Origin: a virus
Lineage: Duplodnaviria > Caudoviricetes
Virus record (IMG/VR): IMGVR_UViG_3300048881_000224
Coordinates: 1 to 27,462 of that record
Direction: 5' to 3' (one strand)
DNA length: 27,462 nt
The position numbers were made by a program, and so were the translations under genes. Within the stretch, counting starts at the first letter, position 1. Each line of letters opens with the position of its first letter. This document shows positions 8,043 to 16,062 of this stretch, piece after piece. A model generated the notes under the pieces. It was given only the letters and a program-made list of their open reading frames with translations. It was not told the DNA's origin and did not search any database.

Positions 8043-8645
8043 ATGAGTAATAAGTATTTATTGCGCGAGTATTATGAATTGTGTGCCGGTGGCGTCTGCG
8101 AGGATTTATTAACTGAGGACGAAAAAATTCAAGCTAAGAATGGAGCTACTTTTTTATCAGGGATTATGCAACGTGTTGACGAGCAAAATGGTAATGGTCG
8201 GGTATATCCTAAAAGTGTCTTAATGCGAGAAGTTAAAAACTATATGAAGGTTGTAAAAGAAAATCGAGCATGTGGAGAATTAGATCACCCTGAAGATGCT
8301 GTAGTAAATCTGAAAAATGCCTCCCATATAGTAAAAGATTTGTGGTGGGAAGGAAATGATCTTAAAGGAAAGGTGCAGGTTCTTTCTACACCATCGGGAA
8401 AGATTTTAGAATCTCTAGTAAATGACGGTGTAACACTGGGCATTTCTTCTCGGGCCCTTGGCTCGGTACATGAGTCAGCGGGTAAAACAATTGTAGAAGA
8501 TGATTTGCAACTTATCTGTTTTGATATTGTTTCAGAGCCCTCGACACAAGGAGCATTTATGCAACTAAGTGAATCAAAAATCAAACAACCATATTCAAAA
8601 GCAGATAAACTAAATCGTTTATTGAACGATATTATAGGAGACTAA
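8043..8645 (+). CDS. gp21: Prohead core protease (T4 gp21-like)
   Basis: NGNGRVYP, GELDHP (catalytic His), STPSGKIL, LGISSRALGS (catalytic Ser), FDIVSEPST. Confidence 0.93.
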   Translation: MSNKYLLREYYELCAGGVCEDLLTEDEKIQAKNGATFLSGIMQRVDEQNGNGRVYPKSVLMREVKNYMKVVKENRACGELDHPEDAVVNLKNASHIVKDLWWEGNDLKGKVQVLSTPSGKILESLVNDGVTLGISSRALGSVHESAGKTIVEDDLQLICFDIVSEPSTQGAFMQLSESKIKQPYSKADKLNRLLNDIIGD

Positions 8646-8647
8646 AA

Positions 8648-9655
8648 ATGAGAATTTCTAAAGAACAACTCAAACAAATGATTGAAGAAGAAACTAATTT
8701 GGTGTTGGGAAATCCTATACCGATTAGAGAAGAAGATGAAGAAGCAACACCAGAAGCGGGACTGATAGATATCAATGCAGGGCCAGAAGAAGTATTGAAT
8801 AAGGTTCCCGAACTTCTTAAGAACCCCGAACTTAAAGCAATCCTAAGATCTGGTCTTACTGATGCGGCTGGACCTGACGATGAGAAAATCGAAATCCAAA
8901 GCGGCACGAGAACGGCGCGTGATCTTCACCCTACGCAAAGTCAAATTGGTGCTGGACAAAGTTTGAACGATCAAGCGAGTGATAATGATTTTGGCGGCGG
9001 CGATCCAACTAATCTTGACCGAGCAATCAAAGGTGGCAAACTCGCATCGAAAGGTGGAGAGTTCCCCATTTTAGTTTATAAAAACTGGGTGCTTGATGGT
9101 CATCACCGATGGAGTCAATTTATTACAACGAATCCCGGTGCCACAGTGGATGTTGTGGAAGTGGTCGCCCCCGGCATTGAAGATGAAAAAGGTGCGTTGG
9201 CACTTCTTCATTTTATGAACTTTGCTCTCTTTGGCAAGTCTCCTACAAAGGATTTTGAAGGAGCGAATATTTATACATTGGATGCTGCTTCCATTAAAGA
9301 CCAAGCACTCACACAGATGAAACAAACCGAACGCGGCAAGAACGTCCCAGAAAAACTTTTCAAAGCTGGACTAATTGAAACTCCCACGCCCGAAGCGGCC
9401 GCAGATCATTTTGCAAAAAATTTAGCAAACCTCAAAGGACCAGGCAAGTATCCGCGAATGGTGATGCCTCAACCGGCAGACTCAGGGTCAAAGGACGGAT
9501 ATGCTACGACACCTCCTGAGGCCAGTGCGGGGGAAGTAAACTATCTTTCACCTGATCAAGCAGACATTAAAGAATCACGCAATCTTTTGAAGATTTCAAA
9601 AGAACGCCTTCAGCAAATTATTCAAGAAGAACTACAAAGCCATAAGAGAAAATAA
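8648..9655 (+). CDS. ParB/Sulfiredoxin-like domain protein flanked by duplicated terminal helical tags
   Basis: LHPTQSQI ... FPILVYKNWVLDGHHRW is the ParB/Srx-fold pattern. N-terminal MRISKEQLKQMIEEE and C-terminal LKISKERLQQIIQEEL. AGGAG SD. Confidence 0.7.
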   Translation: MRISKEQLKQMIEEETNLVLGNPIPIREEDEEATPEAGLIDINAGPEEVLNKVPELLKNPELKAILRSGLTDAAGPDDEKIEIQSGTRTARDLHPTQSQIGAGQSLNDQASDNDFGGGDPTNLDRAIKGGKLASKGGEFPILVYKNWVLDGHHRWSQFITTNPGATVDVVEVVAPGIEDEKGALALLHFMNFALFGKSPTKDFEGANIYTLDAASIKDQALTQMKQTERGKNVPEKLFKAGLIETPTPEAAADHFAKNLANLKGPGKYPRMVMPQPADSGSKDGYATTPPEASAGEVNYLSPDQADIKESRNLLKISKERLQQIIQEELQSHKRK

Positions 9656-10069
9656 ATGAATAAGTCGGATCTAAAGAAGGCTCTGAAGCCACTCATTAAA
9701 GAGTGTATCAAAGAGGTAATCTTTGAAGAAGGTATTTTATCTGGTCTTATAACAGAAGTGGCTCAAGGTCTTGGGAATGTAAATGTAACTGCGCAAGCAA
9801 CCGAACAACCTACCGTCTTACAGAGTTCGCCAACCCAGGCTCCAAATCCCTCTATAGTTGAAGCACGAAAACAATTGAGCGAAGTAAAGGCGTCACTCCA
9901 AAAGGCTACTGGTTTGAAAGGTATTTTCGAAGGAACTAAACCAATGCCTTCCAGAGCAACCGGCAAATCTTCTCAGTATGGCGCATTACGAGACAAAGAC
10001 CCTGGCGATGCTGGTGTGAATATCGATGGTTTATTAAAACTAACTGGTGGATGGGCACACTTAACTTAA
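9656..10069 (+). CDS. Hypothetical protein (N-terminal MNKSDLKKALKPLIKECIKE helix)
   Basis: Abuts the upstream stop (TAAATG). 137 aa. The N-terminal helix is distantly similar to the recurring tag. Confidence 0.7.
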   Translation: MNKSDLKKALKPLIKECIKEVIFEEGILSGLITEVAQGLGNVNVTAQATEQPTVLQSSPTQAPNPSIVEARKQLSEVKASLQKATGLKGIFEGTKPMPSRATGKSSQYGALRDKDPGDAGVNIDGLLKLTGGWAHLT

Positions 10070-10088
10070 TTTTTATAAAGAAGAAACA

Positions 10089-10295
10089 ATGGAACTTAGA
10101 ATTAGAAGAAATGAAACTATAGAAAGTCTTATCAAAAGATTTGGAAGAAAAGTAAAGAAGGCCCAAATCATTGAAGAATACCGCGATAGGCAATATTACA
10201 AGAAGCCTTCAGAAAAAAGACGCGAAAGACATTTTCGGCGTTTAGCAGAAATAGAAAAGCTAAAACGAAAAGAACGGCAACAAAGTGAAGATTAA
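10089..10295 (+). CDS. rpsU: Phage-encoded 30S ribosomal protein bS21
   Basis: 68 aa, very basic. bS21 pattern E.IE.LIKRF.RKV.K..II.EYR.RQYY.KPSEKRR. Confidence 0.9.
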   Translation: MELRIRRNETIESLIKRFGRKVKKAQIIEEYRDRQYYKKPSEKRRERHFRRLAEIEKLKRKERQQSED

Positions 10296-10296
10296 T

Positions 10297-10304
10297 ACTA
10301 ATTA
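10297..10304 (+). promoter_or_regulatory. Putative late promoter motif ACTAATTA
   Basis: Intergenic, 20 nt before ATG 10325 and upstream of its AGGA SD. Recurring motif. Confidence 0.55.
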
Positions 10305-10324
10305 TATGAGAGGAATATAAAAAT

Positions 10325-10753
10325 ATGGTGTATAAATACGAATCAGGATTATGGCAAGCAGGATCATATCAGGCATCGGGCAGACCGTGGGTCACGGCTT
10401 CACTTGATATTGGCACTTTAGCGGACGGCGGCGACCCGGCTTTTGAAATTGTATTCCCTAACGTAACGCGATGGATCATAGTTAGAAATCACGACAACCC
10501 CTCGACCAAGGAAGTTAAGGTAGCATTTTCTCCTACTGGATATGATACCTTTAATTTTTTTACCGTACATGGTCACACCGGGACCGGAGCGTCGATGTAT
10601 GAGGGTGGTCAGCGTACCGAGAGAATGGAACTCAAAATAACTAAATTATATTTGTCTGGGTCTTCTGACAAAGTAGACGTGATCGCCGGATTGACAGATA
10701 TTAAGATTTCCAATTTGACTGGGAGCTGGTCTGGTTTACCAGGCGTTGGCTAG
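10325..10753 (+). CDS. Small beta-rich protein, putative virion (capsid decoration-type) protein
   Basis: 142 aa, Gly/Ser/Thr-rich with alternating beta-strand patterns (FEIVFPNVTRWIIVRN). Has its own promoter motif and SD and lies just before scaffold/MCP. Function is inferred. Confidence 0.6.
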   Translation: MVYKYESGLWQAGSYQASGRPWVTASLDIGTLADGGDPAFEIVFPNVTRWIIVRNHDNPSTKEVKVAFSPTGYDTFNFFTVHGHTGTGASMYEGGQRTERMELKITKLYLSGSSDKVDVIAGLTDIKISNLTGSWSGLPGVG

Positions 10754-10811
10754 TGTTCTTGTACTGACTTTTTCATTTCCTGCATAATATAGTGTTTTCT
10801 TTCTTTAACTA

Positions 10812-10819
10812 ACTATTTA
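10812..10819 (+). promoter_or_regulatory. Putative late promoter motif ACTATTTA (scaffold/MCP unit)
   Basis: Intergenic, 31 nt before ATG 10851. AGGAG SD at 10840-10844. Confidence 0.6.
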
Positions 10820-10850
10820 TTTGAGAAGAATAATATCTTAGGAGAGTTAT

Positions 10851-12374
10851 ATGTCATCAAGTATGTTAGAACAAGCAGTAATCGACGCGGAAGCACTACG
10901 AGAGGCTGCTATTAAAAATGCCGAACAGGAAGTGTTGGAAAAATATTCTGGCGATATTCGTGAAGCTGTCGATTCAATCTTAGAACAAGAAGATGAAGAT
11001 CCCTTCGGCGGCGAAGATGAAATGGGCTTGGGCGATGAAGGCGATATGGAAGATCGCGAAAGCGTTGTCGATCAAATTTCAATGGCTGCAACCGATGGAG
11101 AGAATACGTGCCCTTGTCCAGAAACCGAGAAGCCCCTTGTTTTAGATCTAGATCAGATTGTTGCTGCTGCGGAAGACGCGGCCGCAGAAGAAGAAGAATT
11201 AGATATGGACTCTGAAGAACCTCTTGCCGCAGAAGACGAACTTTTTGAAGTCAATGATCAAAACTTGATGCAAGCAATTGCTGAAGCATTGAACGAGAAA
11301 GAAGAAGACGAAAAACAAACTCCCGAAGAACGCGCCAAAGACATCAAAGGAAAAGGCGAATCAGTTAAATCAGAATTAGCAGACACACCCGATGATGAAA
11401 AAGATGATGTCTTAAAGGCACTTCGCAACATGAGTGAAGGAACCAAGGGCTATGGCGAAGGCGATCCCACTCGGGGCAAGCCTGATGAAGAAGATGAACT
11501 TAATCCTATCGATTTCGAAAAGAAAACTAAAAGCGGGAAGCGTGAAAAAATCGGCGGCAAAGTTTTTCAAGAATATAGCCGTGACCATGCCCGCGATGCC
11601 ACAGAGGATGACTGGTCGCACATTAAAGATTTAGAGCGTGATGCCCATATTGACCGCGCTGAAGAAGGAGAGGGTGATTATAGAGACTATGAACATCGCC
11701 GTGATGCCACAGAGGATGACTGGTCGCATATTAGGAAGCTGGCCCACGATGCCCACGAAGATCGCGAGGACGAAGATTTAGACGAAGAATTACTTGATGA
11801 AATCGTTGAAGCTTTAGTTGTCGATTTAAAGAATGTACCCACGGGCGAGAACTTTCACACACACCCCACAATGGGACAAAACGAACGAGGTCTTGATATT
11901 GCTTTAGCGCAAGAACAAGACACAAAATTTGCAGAGGAGCAAAAAGAATTGCGCCAAGCATTAAAGAAGTTGCAAGAGCAAAATAAATCTCAAACGCTTA
12001 AAATGAATAAGCAGAAAAAAGAGTATAAACAACTCAAGAGTATTGTACTAAAGGCAACAAAGAAGTTAGAAGAAGTTAATTTTTCTAACGCAAAATTAAT
12101 CTACACGAATCGCATCCTGAAAAGCGACTCCTTGAATGAGCGACAAAAAGAAAAACTTGTCGAAGCAATTTCAAAAGTTGGTTCAGTAGAAGAAGCCAAG
12201 ATTGTTTATGATACACTGAATGAAAATCTATCTCCCAAGAGCAACAATGCTCCCAAGACATTGAATGAAGCAGTTAGCAAAAACAATCCGCTTATATTGA
12301 AATCAAATACAGAAAAACAATCTGCTGGTCAAAATCAAGTCGCAAGACTTATGAGATTGGCAGGTATAAAATAA
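10851..12374 (+). CDS. Prohead core scaffold protein (T4 gp22-like)
   Basis: Highly acidic, with a C-terminal coiled coil, many L-x-E sites and the ending RLMRLAGIK. Directly upstream of MCP. Confidence 0.8.
   Translation: MSSSMLEQAVIDAEALREAAIKNAEQEVLEKYSGDIREAVDSILEQEDEDPFGGEDEMGLGDEGDMEDRESVVDQISMAATDGENTCPCPETEKPLVLDLDQIVAAAEDAAAEEEELDMDSEEPLAAEDELFEVNDQNLMQAIAEALNEKEEDEKQTPEERAKDIKGKGESVKSELADTPDDEKDDVLKALRNMSEGTKGYGEGDPTRGKPDEEDELNPIDFEKKTKSGKREKIGGKVFQEYSRDHARDATEDDWSHIKDLERDAHIDRAEEGEGDYRDYEHRRDATEDDWSHIRKLAHDAHEDREDEDLDEELLDEIVEALVVDLKNVPTGENFHTHPTMGQNERGLDIALAQEQDTKFAEEQKELRQALKKLQEQNKSQTLKMNKQKKEYKQLKSIVLKATKKLEEVNFSNAKLIYTNRILKSDSLNERQKEKLVEAISKVGSVEEAKIVYDTLNENLSPKSNNAPKTLNEAVSKNNPLILKSNTEKQSAGQNQVARLMRLAGIK
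11595..11728 (+). repeat. 26-bp perfect direct repeat GATGCCACAGAGGATGACTGGTCGCA (11595-11620, 11703-11728), 108-nt period
   Basis: Encodes two copies of RDATEDDWSHIxxLxxDAHxD inside the scaffold. Confidence 0.9.
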
Positions 12375-12396
12375 TTATTTAAGGAGAAAAAAAATA

Positions 12397-14175
12397 ATGA
12401 GTATTATAGAAAAACTTACCGAAGGTGTCATTAATCGTGACCTTTCGCGTGAAGCTGATGCTCTCTTAAACAAATGGGAGGCCACTGGTCTTCTAGAGGG
12501 TATTGAAGGCGAACATAATAGAAATAGTATGTCTTGTCTTCTGGAAAATCAAGCCAAGGAACTTCTTCGTGAAGCTTCCACAATGGCAGGGGGTGATGTT
12601 GAGGGCTTTGCAGCCGTCGCATTTCCAATCGTTCGTCGAGTGTTCGGCGGACTGGTAGCGAATGAGCTTGTCTCGGTTCAGCCAATGAGCTTGCCGAGTG
12701 GTCTTATTTTCTTCCTAGACTTTACAACCGCAAATACCAAACTTGGTTATACTGAGTGTGATTCTATTTATGGTGGTGGAGTTGTAGGTAATGAAATTGT
12801 TAATGGCGTCAACATTGATGGCGACACCGAGGATGGAGAAACCAGTTTTTATAATCTTAACAATGGTTATGGAGCAACGACTGGTTCAGCCACTTTTGAT
12901 CACCTGACGGTTATTGGTGAACGCACAGCAGCCGGTGACTGGACCGCCTTTGGCGGTCGAGGAGCCGCAGAGGGAGATCGCTTGATTCGTTTTGATCCTG
13001 ATGTTTCAGGATCGGCTCTAGCGGTTGGGTTGCTTCCAGTTGCAAGCTTGAATGATGTTGCTACTGGAATCGAGTTCAATACGCAAGATGATGTTAGTGT
13101 TTGCTTGATTGACAATGCCACCGGAGAAAAGATGCGTCCCGACCAGGGAAGCTCAGGTCTTCAGATTCGTCGTTTGACGCGCCCAGATTATAATGATCCA
13201 GCGGGCGCTCCTGCGGTTAATCTTCTGGTTGTAGTTACCGGGTCAGACGCGAACGCGGCTGGCAATTTAATCACAGCTTGCACTGATGCCCAATTCATCA
13301 TTCGTGATGTCTTTACGCAAGGTTCCGCAGTGGGTTCCATTGTTGGAGCACCTGTATGGGATCTTGAAGCTCTTGGTCTTCCGGGTGACGGTGGTGGCGA
13401 CAACTGCTCTCCTGGTAACACAGGTTCAGCAATCGCAGAAATTGATATCAAGGTTGACAGTGTTTCAATTACGGCTATGACCAAAAAGCTTCGTTGCAAA
13501 TGGACACCGGAATTACAGCAAGATATTAACGCATATCATAATCTGGATGCAGAAGTTGAGCTTACCTCAATTTTGTCTGAAGCTATTGCTCTTGAGATTG
13601 ATCAAGAAATTCTTGAAGATCTCATCAAAGGCGCAACTGCTTCAACTTTCCATTGGTCACGACGACCTGGAAACTTTGTAAATCGGGAAACAGGGGCGGC
13701 TATTGCAGGCCAGTTTACTGGCACTGTATCAGAATGGTACGAGACTTTGCTCGAAACTGTCAATGACGTTTCAGCGCAAATTCACCGTAAGACGCTTCGT
13801 GGTGGAGCTAACTTTATTGTTACCTCTCCTGAAGTTGCAAACCTTCTTGAGTTTACCAATGGCTTCCGTGCTAGCACAACTGCCGATGAAAATCGCGGGA
13901 CTGCTGGTGCTGTCAAAACTGGTACGATTAGCAAAAAATGGGATGTGTATGTTGATCCATACTTCCCACGGAATGTACTCTTAGTCGGTCGCAAGGGAAG
14001 CGGGTTCCTTGAAAGCGGTTATGTATACGCACCTTATGTGCCACTACAGACCACACCTACTATTTTTGATCCCGAGAACTTCACACCTCGTAAGGGCGTG
14101 ATGACTCGGTATGGCAAAAGAATGGTACGACCAGACATGTACGGTCTTGTTATTGTTGAAGACTTACTCGGCTAA
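12397..14175 (+). CDS. gp23: Major capsid protein (T4 gp23-like) with a large central insertion
   Basis: LLENQ, FPIVRRVF, VSVQPMSLPSGLIFFL, KKLRCKWTPELQQDINAYHNLDAEVEL, EIDQEIL, YAPYVPL, PRKGVMTRYG. AAGGAG SD. Confidence 0.96.
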   Translation: MSIIEKLTEGVINRDLSREADALLNKWEATGLLEGIEGEHNRNSMSCLLENQAKELLREASTMAGGDVEGFAAVAFPIVRRVFGGLVANELVSVQPMSLPSGLIFFLDFTTANTKLGYTECDSIYGGGVVGNEIVNGVNIDGDTEDGETSFYNLNNGYGATTGSATFDHLTVIGERTAAGDWTAFGGRGAAEGDRLIRFDPDVSGSALAVGLLPVASLNDVATGIEFNTQDDVSVCLIDNATGEKMRPDQGSSGLQIRRLTRPDYNDPAGAPAVNLLVVVTGSDANAAGNLITACTDAQFIIRDVFTQGSAVGSIVGAPVWDLEALGLPGDGGGDNCSPGNTGSAIAEIDIKVDSVSITAMTKKLRCKWTPELQQDINAYHNLDAEVELTSILSEAIALEIDQEILEDLIKGATASTFHWSRRPGNFVNRETGAAIAGQFTGTVSEWYETLLETVNDVSAQIHRKTLRGGANFIVTSPEVANLLEFTNGFRASTTADENRGTAGAVKTGTISKKWDVYVDPYFPRNVLLVGRKGSGFLESGYVYAPYVPLQTTPTIFDPENFTPRKGVMTRYGKRMVRPDMYGLVIVEDLLG

Positions 14176-14208
14176 TGTTTCATTAGCTTTGTATTATTCA
14201 TAAGCTTT

Positions 14209-14253
14209 GAAATGCTCCCCCTTTCTTTTTGAGAGGCGGGAGCATTTCTTTTT
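14209..14253 (+). terminator. Rho-independent terminator after MCP
   Basis: GAAATGCTCCC (14209-14219) pairs with GGGAGCATTTC (14238-14248), with an inner CTTTC/GAGAG stem and a following T run. A second small hairpin, GCTAATG-TTT-CATTAGC (14171-14187), overlaps the MCP stop. Confidence 0.85.
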
Positions 14254-14271
14254 GATTTCCAAGAAGAAATT

Positions 14272-14279
14272 ACTATTTA
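14272..14279 (+). promoter_or_regulatory. Putative late promoter motif ACTATTTA (neck unit)
   Basis: Just downstream of the MCP terminator, 22 nt before ATG 14302. AGGAG SD follows. Confidence 0.65.
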
Positions 14280-14301
14280 GAGTGTAGGAGAATTATAGTT
14301 T

Positions 14302-15561
14302 ATGGCACTTCCAATTTTAACACCAGTAAGTCAGATGAGCAAGGTTATCTTGCCCATTACTGGAAATACAGCTAATGTAACCAATGACACTGTGCCATTT
14401 GGCATGTATCTGGATAGCGACGACTTTATTTCAGGAGCAGCAGATCAGGTGGCATTTACTTATAAAATGCTTGGTGGCGATGTTCTAGATATTGAACTCA
14501 TGGAGGGTAATGTTTACTCCTCGTATGAAACAGCGGTGCTTGAGTATTCTTCTATAATAAATTCTCATCAAGCAGAAAATGTTTTATCAAATTATTTGGG
14601 AATGACATCGGGCACATTTGATGAAGACGGAGAATTGCTTACAGGACCAGCGGATCTTTCATTAAAATTTCCTAAGTTTACTTTTGAATACGCTCAACGA
14701 ATTGCGGCGGGGCTGGCGGCGGAATCTGGGATTGGCGATAACATTACAATGTATTCCGCTTCCTTTGCTTTAACTGGTGGATTACAAGATTACGATCTTC
14801 AGAAAATAGTTTCATCCTCTGCACCTACTAACATTTGGGACGGTCTAGTTCAAAATAAAAAAATTGCCATTCATAGAGTCTATTACAAATCACCCGCAGC
14901 GATGTGGAGATTTTTTGGATATATGGGCATCGGCGGTCAGGTATATGGTAATCTCAGTTCTTATGGAATGTGGGCCGATGACTCTACTTTTGAGTTAGTT
15001 CCTGCATGGCAAAATAAATTACAGGCTATGCAATATGAAACCGACCTTTATACTCGCGCTAGCCACTATTCTTATGAAATAAGAGACAATAGACTTAAAA
15101 TTTATCCACCTCCGAGTGGACCTGGGTGTGGTGGTTCGCCAGCCCGCATGTGGTTTAATTTCAGTATACCTAATGATCCATGGGTAGAAGAAGCAGATCG
15201 CACTATAGGAATCGACGGCATCAATAATATGAACACATTACCATTTGCCAATATTCCTTATGAGAATATTAATAGCATTGGTAAACAATGGATTAGAAAA
15301 TATGCCTTAGCGGTGTCCAAGGAAATGCTAGGTCAAGTACGTGGTAAATTTGGCACTATTCCCATTCCGGGGAACGATGTGACTCTAAACGCCAATGAAT
15401 TACTGGGTCAAGCAAAAGACGAACAAACTGCACTTAAAGAGGAATTGAAAGCACAGTTAGAAAAATTGACTTATGGTGCGCTGGTCAAAGGCGATGCAGA
15501 CATGGCCGATGATTCAACTCGTGTTATGGTTCATGTACCAATGGGGATTTATATAGGATAA
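14302..15561 (+). CDS. Neck/head-tail adaptor protein (T4 gp13-like)
   Basis: LGGDVLDIEL near the N-terminus, LKIYPPP, and the gp13-type C-terminus WIRKYALAVSKEMLGQVRGKFGTIPIPGNDVTLNA. Lies after MCP. Confidence 0.8.
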   Translation: MALPILTPVSQMSKVILPITGNTANVTNDTVPFGMYLDSDDFISGAADQVAFTYKMLGGDVLDIELMEGNVYSSYETAVLEYSSIINSHQAENVLSNYLGMTSGTFDEDGELLTGPADLSLKFPKFTFEYAQRIAAGLAAESGIGDNITMYSASFALTGGLQDYDLQKIVSSSAPTNIWDGLVQNKKIAIHRVYYKSPAAMWRFFGYMGIGGQVYGNLSSYGMWADDSTFELVPAWQNKLQAMQYETDLYTRASHYSYEIRDNRLKIYPPPSGPGCGGSPARMWFNFSIPNDPWVEEADRTIGIDGINNMNTLPFANIPYENINSIGKQWIRKYALAVSKEMLGQVRGKFGTIPIPGNDVTLNANELLGQAKDEQTALKEELKAQLEKLTYGALVKGDADMADDSTRVMVHVPMGIYIG

Positions 15562-15565
15562 GATC

Positions 15566-16060
15566 ATGGCGGACGAAAACAATAAGTGGTCACGCCCTGA
15601 TGCGCCCCCTCCACCACTTTTTCTGGGACGACCAGAAAGAGACTTGGTTAAGCAAGTCAATGACGAACTCATTGAACGTGTTATCGGGCAGACAATTATT
15701 TATTATCCGATTAGCATGGAATATACAAATTTTCACAATTTATATAACGAAGCAATTGAAAAAACTTTTCTTCCACCTATCCGAGTTATGGCTTTGATCG
15801 ACTGGGAAGGCTCCAAGACTGAATCAGTGAGCTATGGTATTGATCGACAATCTTCCATTCAGATTCATTTTCATAAGCGTCGGCTTACAGAAGATCAAGA
15901 CGTGTATGTTCAAGAGGGCGACTTTGTATTGTATGGTGGTATTCTGTATGAGATCATTACTCTTGGTCAACCCCGTGCGATGTTTGGTCAAATCCCACAT
16001 AAGGTAGAGATTTCTGCACTATGTATCGAGGCGCGTTCAGGAGTATTTAACGCGAAATAA
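15566..16060 (+). CDS. Neck/head completion protein (gp14-like)
   Basis: GQTIIYY, LYNEAIEKTF and EGDFVLY...YEI patterns. Lies between the gp13-like and gp15-like genes. Confidence 0.65.
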   Translation: MADENNKWSRPDAPPPPLFLGRPERDLVKQVNDELIERVIGQTIIYYPISMEYTNFHNLYNEAIEKTFLPPIRVMALIDWEGSKTESVSYGIDRQSSIQIHFHKRRLTEDQDVYVQEGDFVLYGGILYEIITLGQPRAMFGQIPHKVEISALCIEARSGVFNAK

Positions 16061-16062
16061 AA

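Noticed and set aside
10331-10338. Perfect T4 late promoter TATAAATA
   Set aside because: Only one copy noticed, inside a coding sequence just after its start. The intergenic regions use a different motif.
10759-10788. Possible sigma70 promoter TTGTAC-N18-CATAAT
   Set aside because: Mismatches in both boxes, non-optimal spacing and an AT-rich context make a chance match likely.
11595-11728. 26-bp direct repeats as a mini-CRISPR or att site
   Set aside because: Only two copies, an 82-nt spacer, in-frame 108-nt period and similarity extending at protein level. It is a coding duplication.
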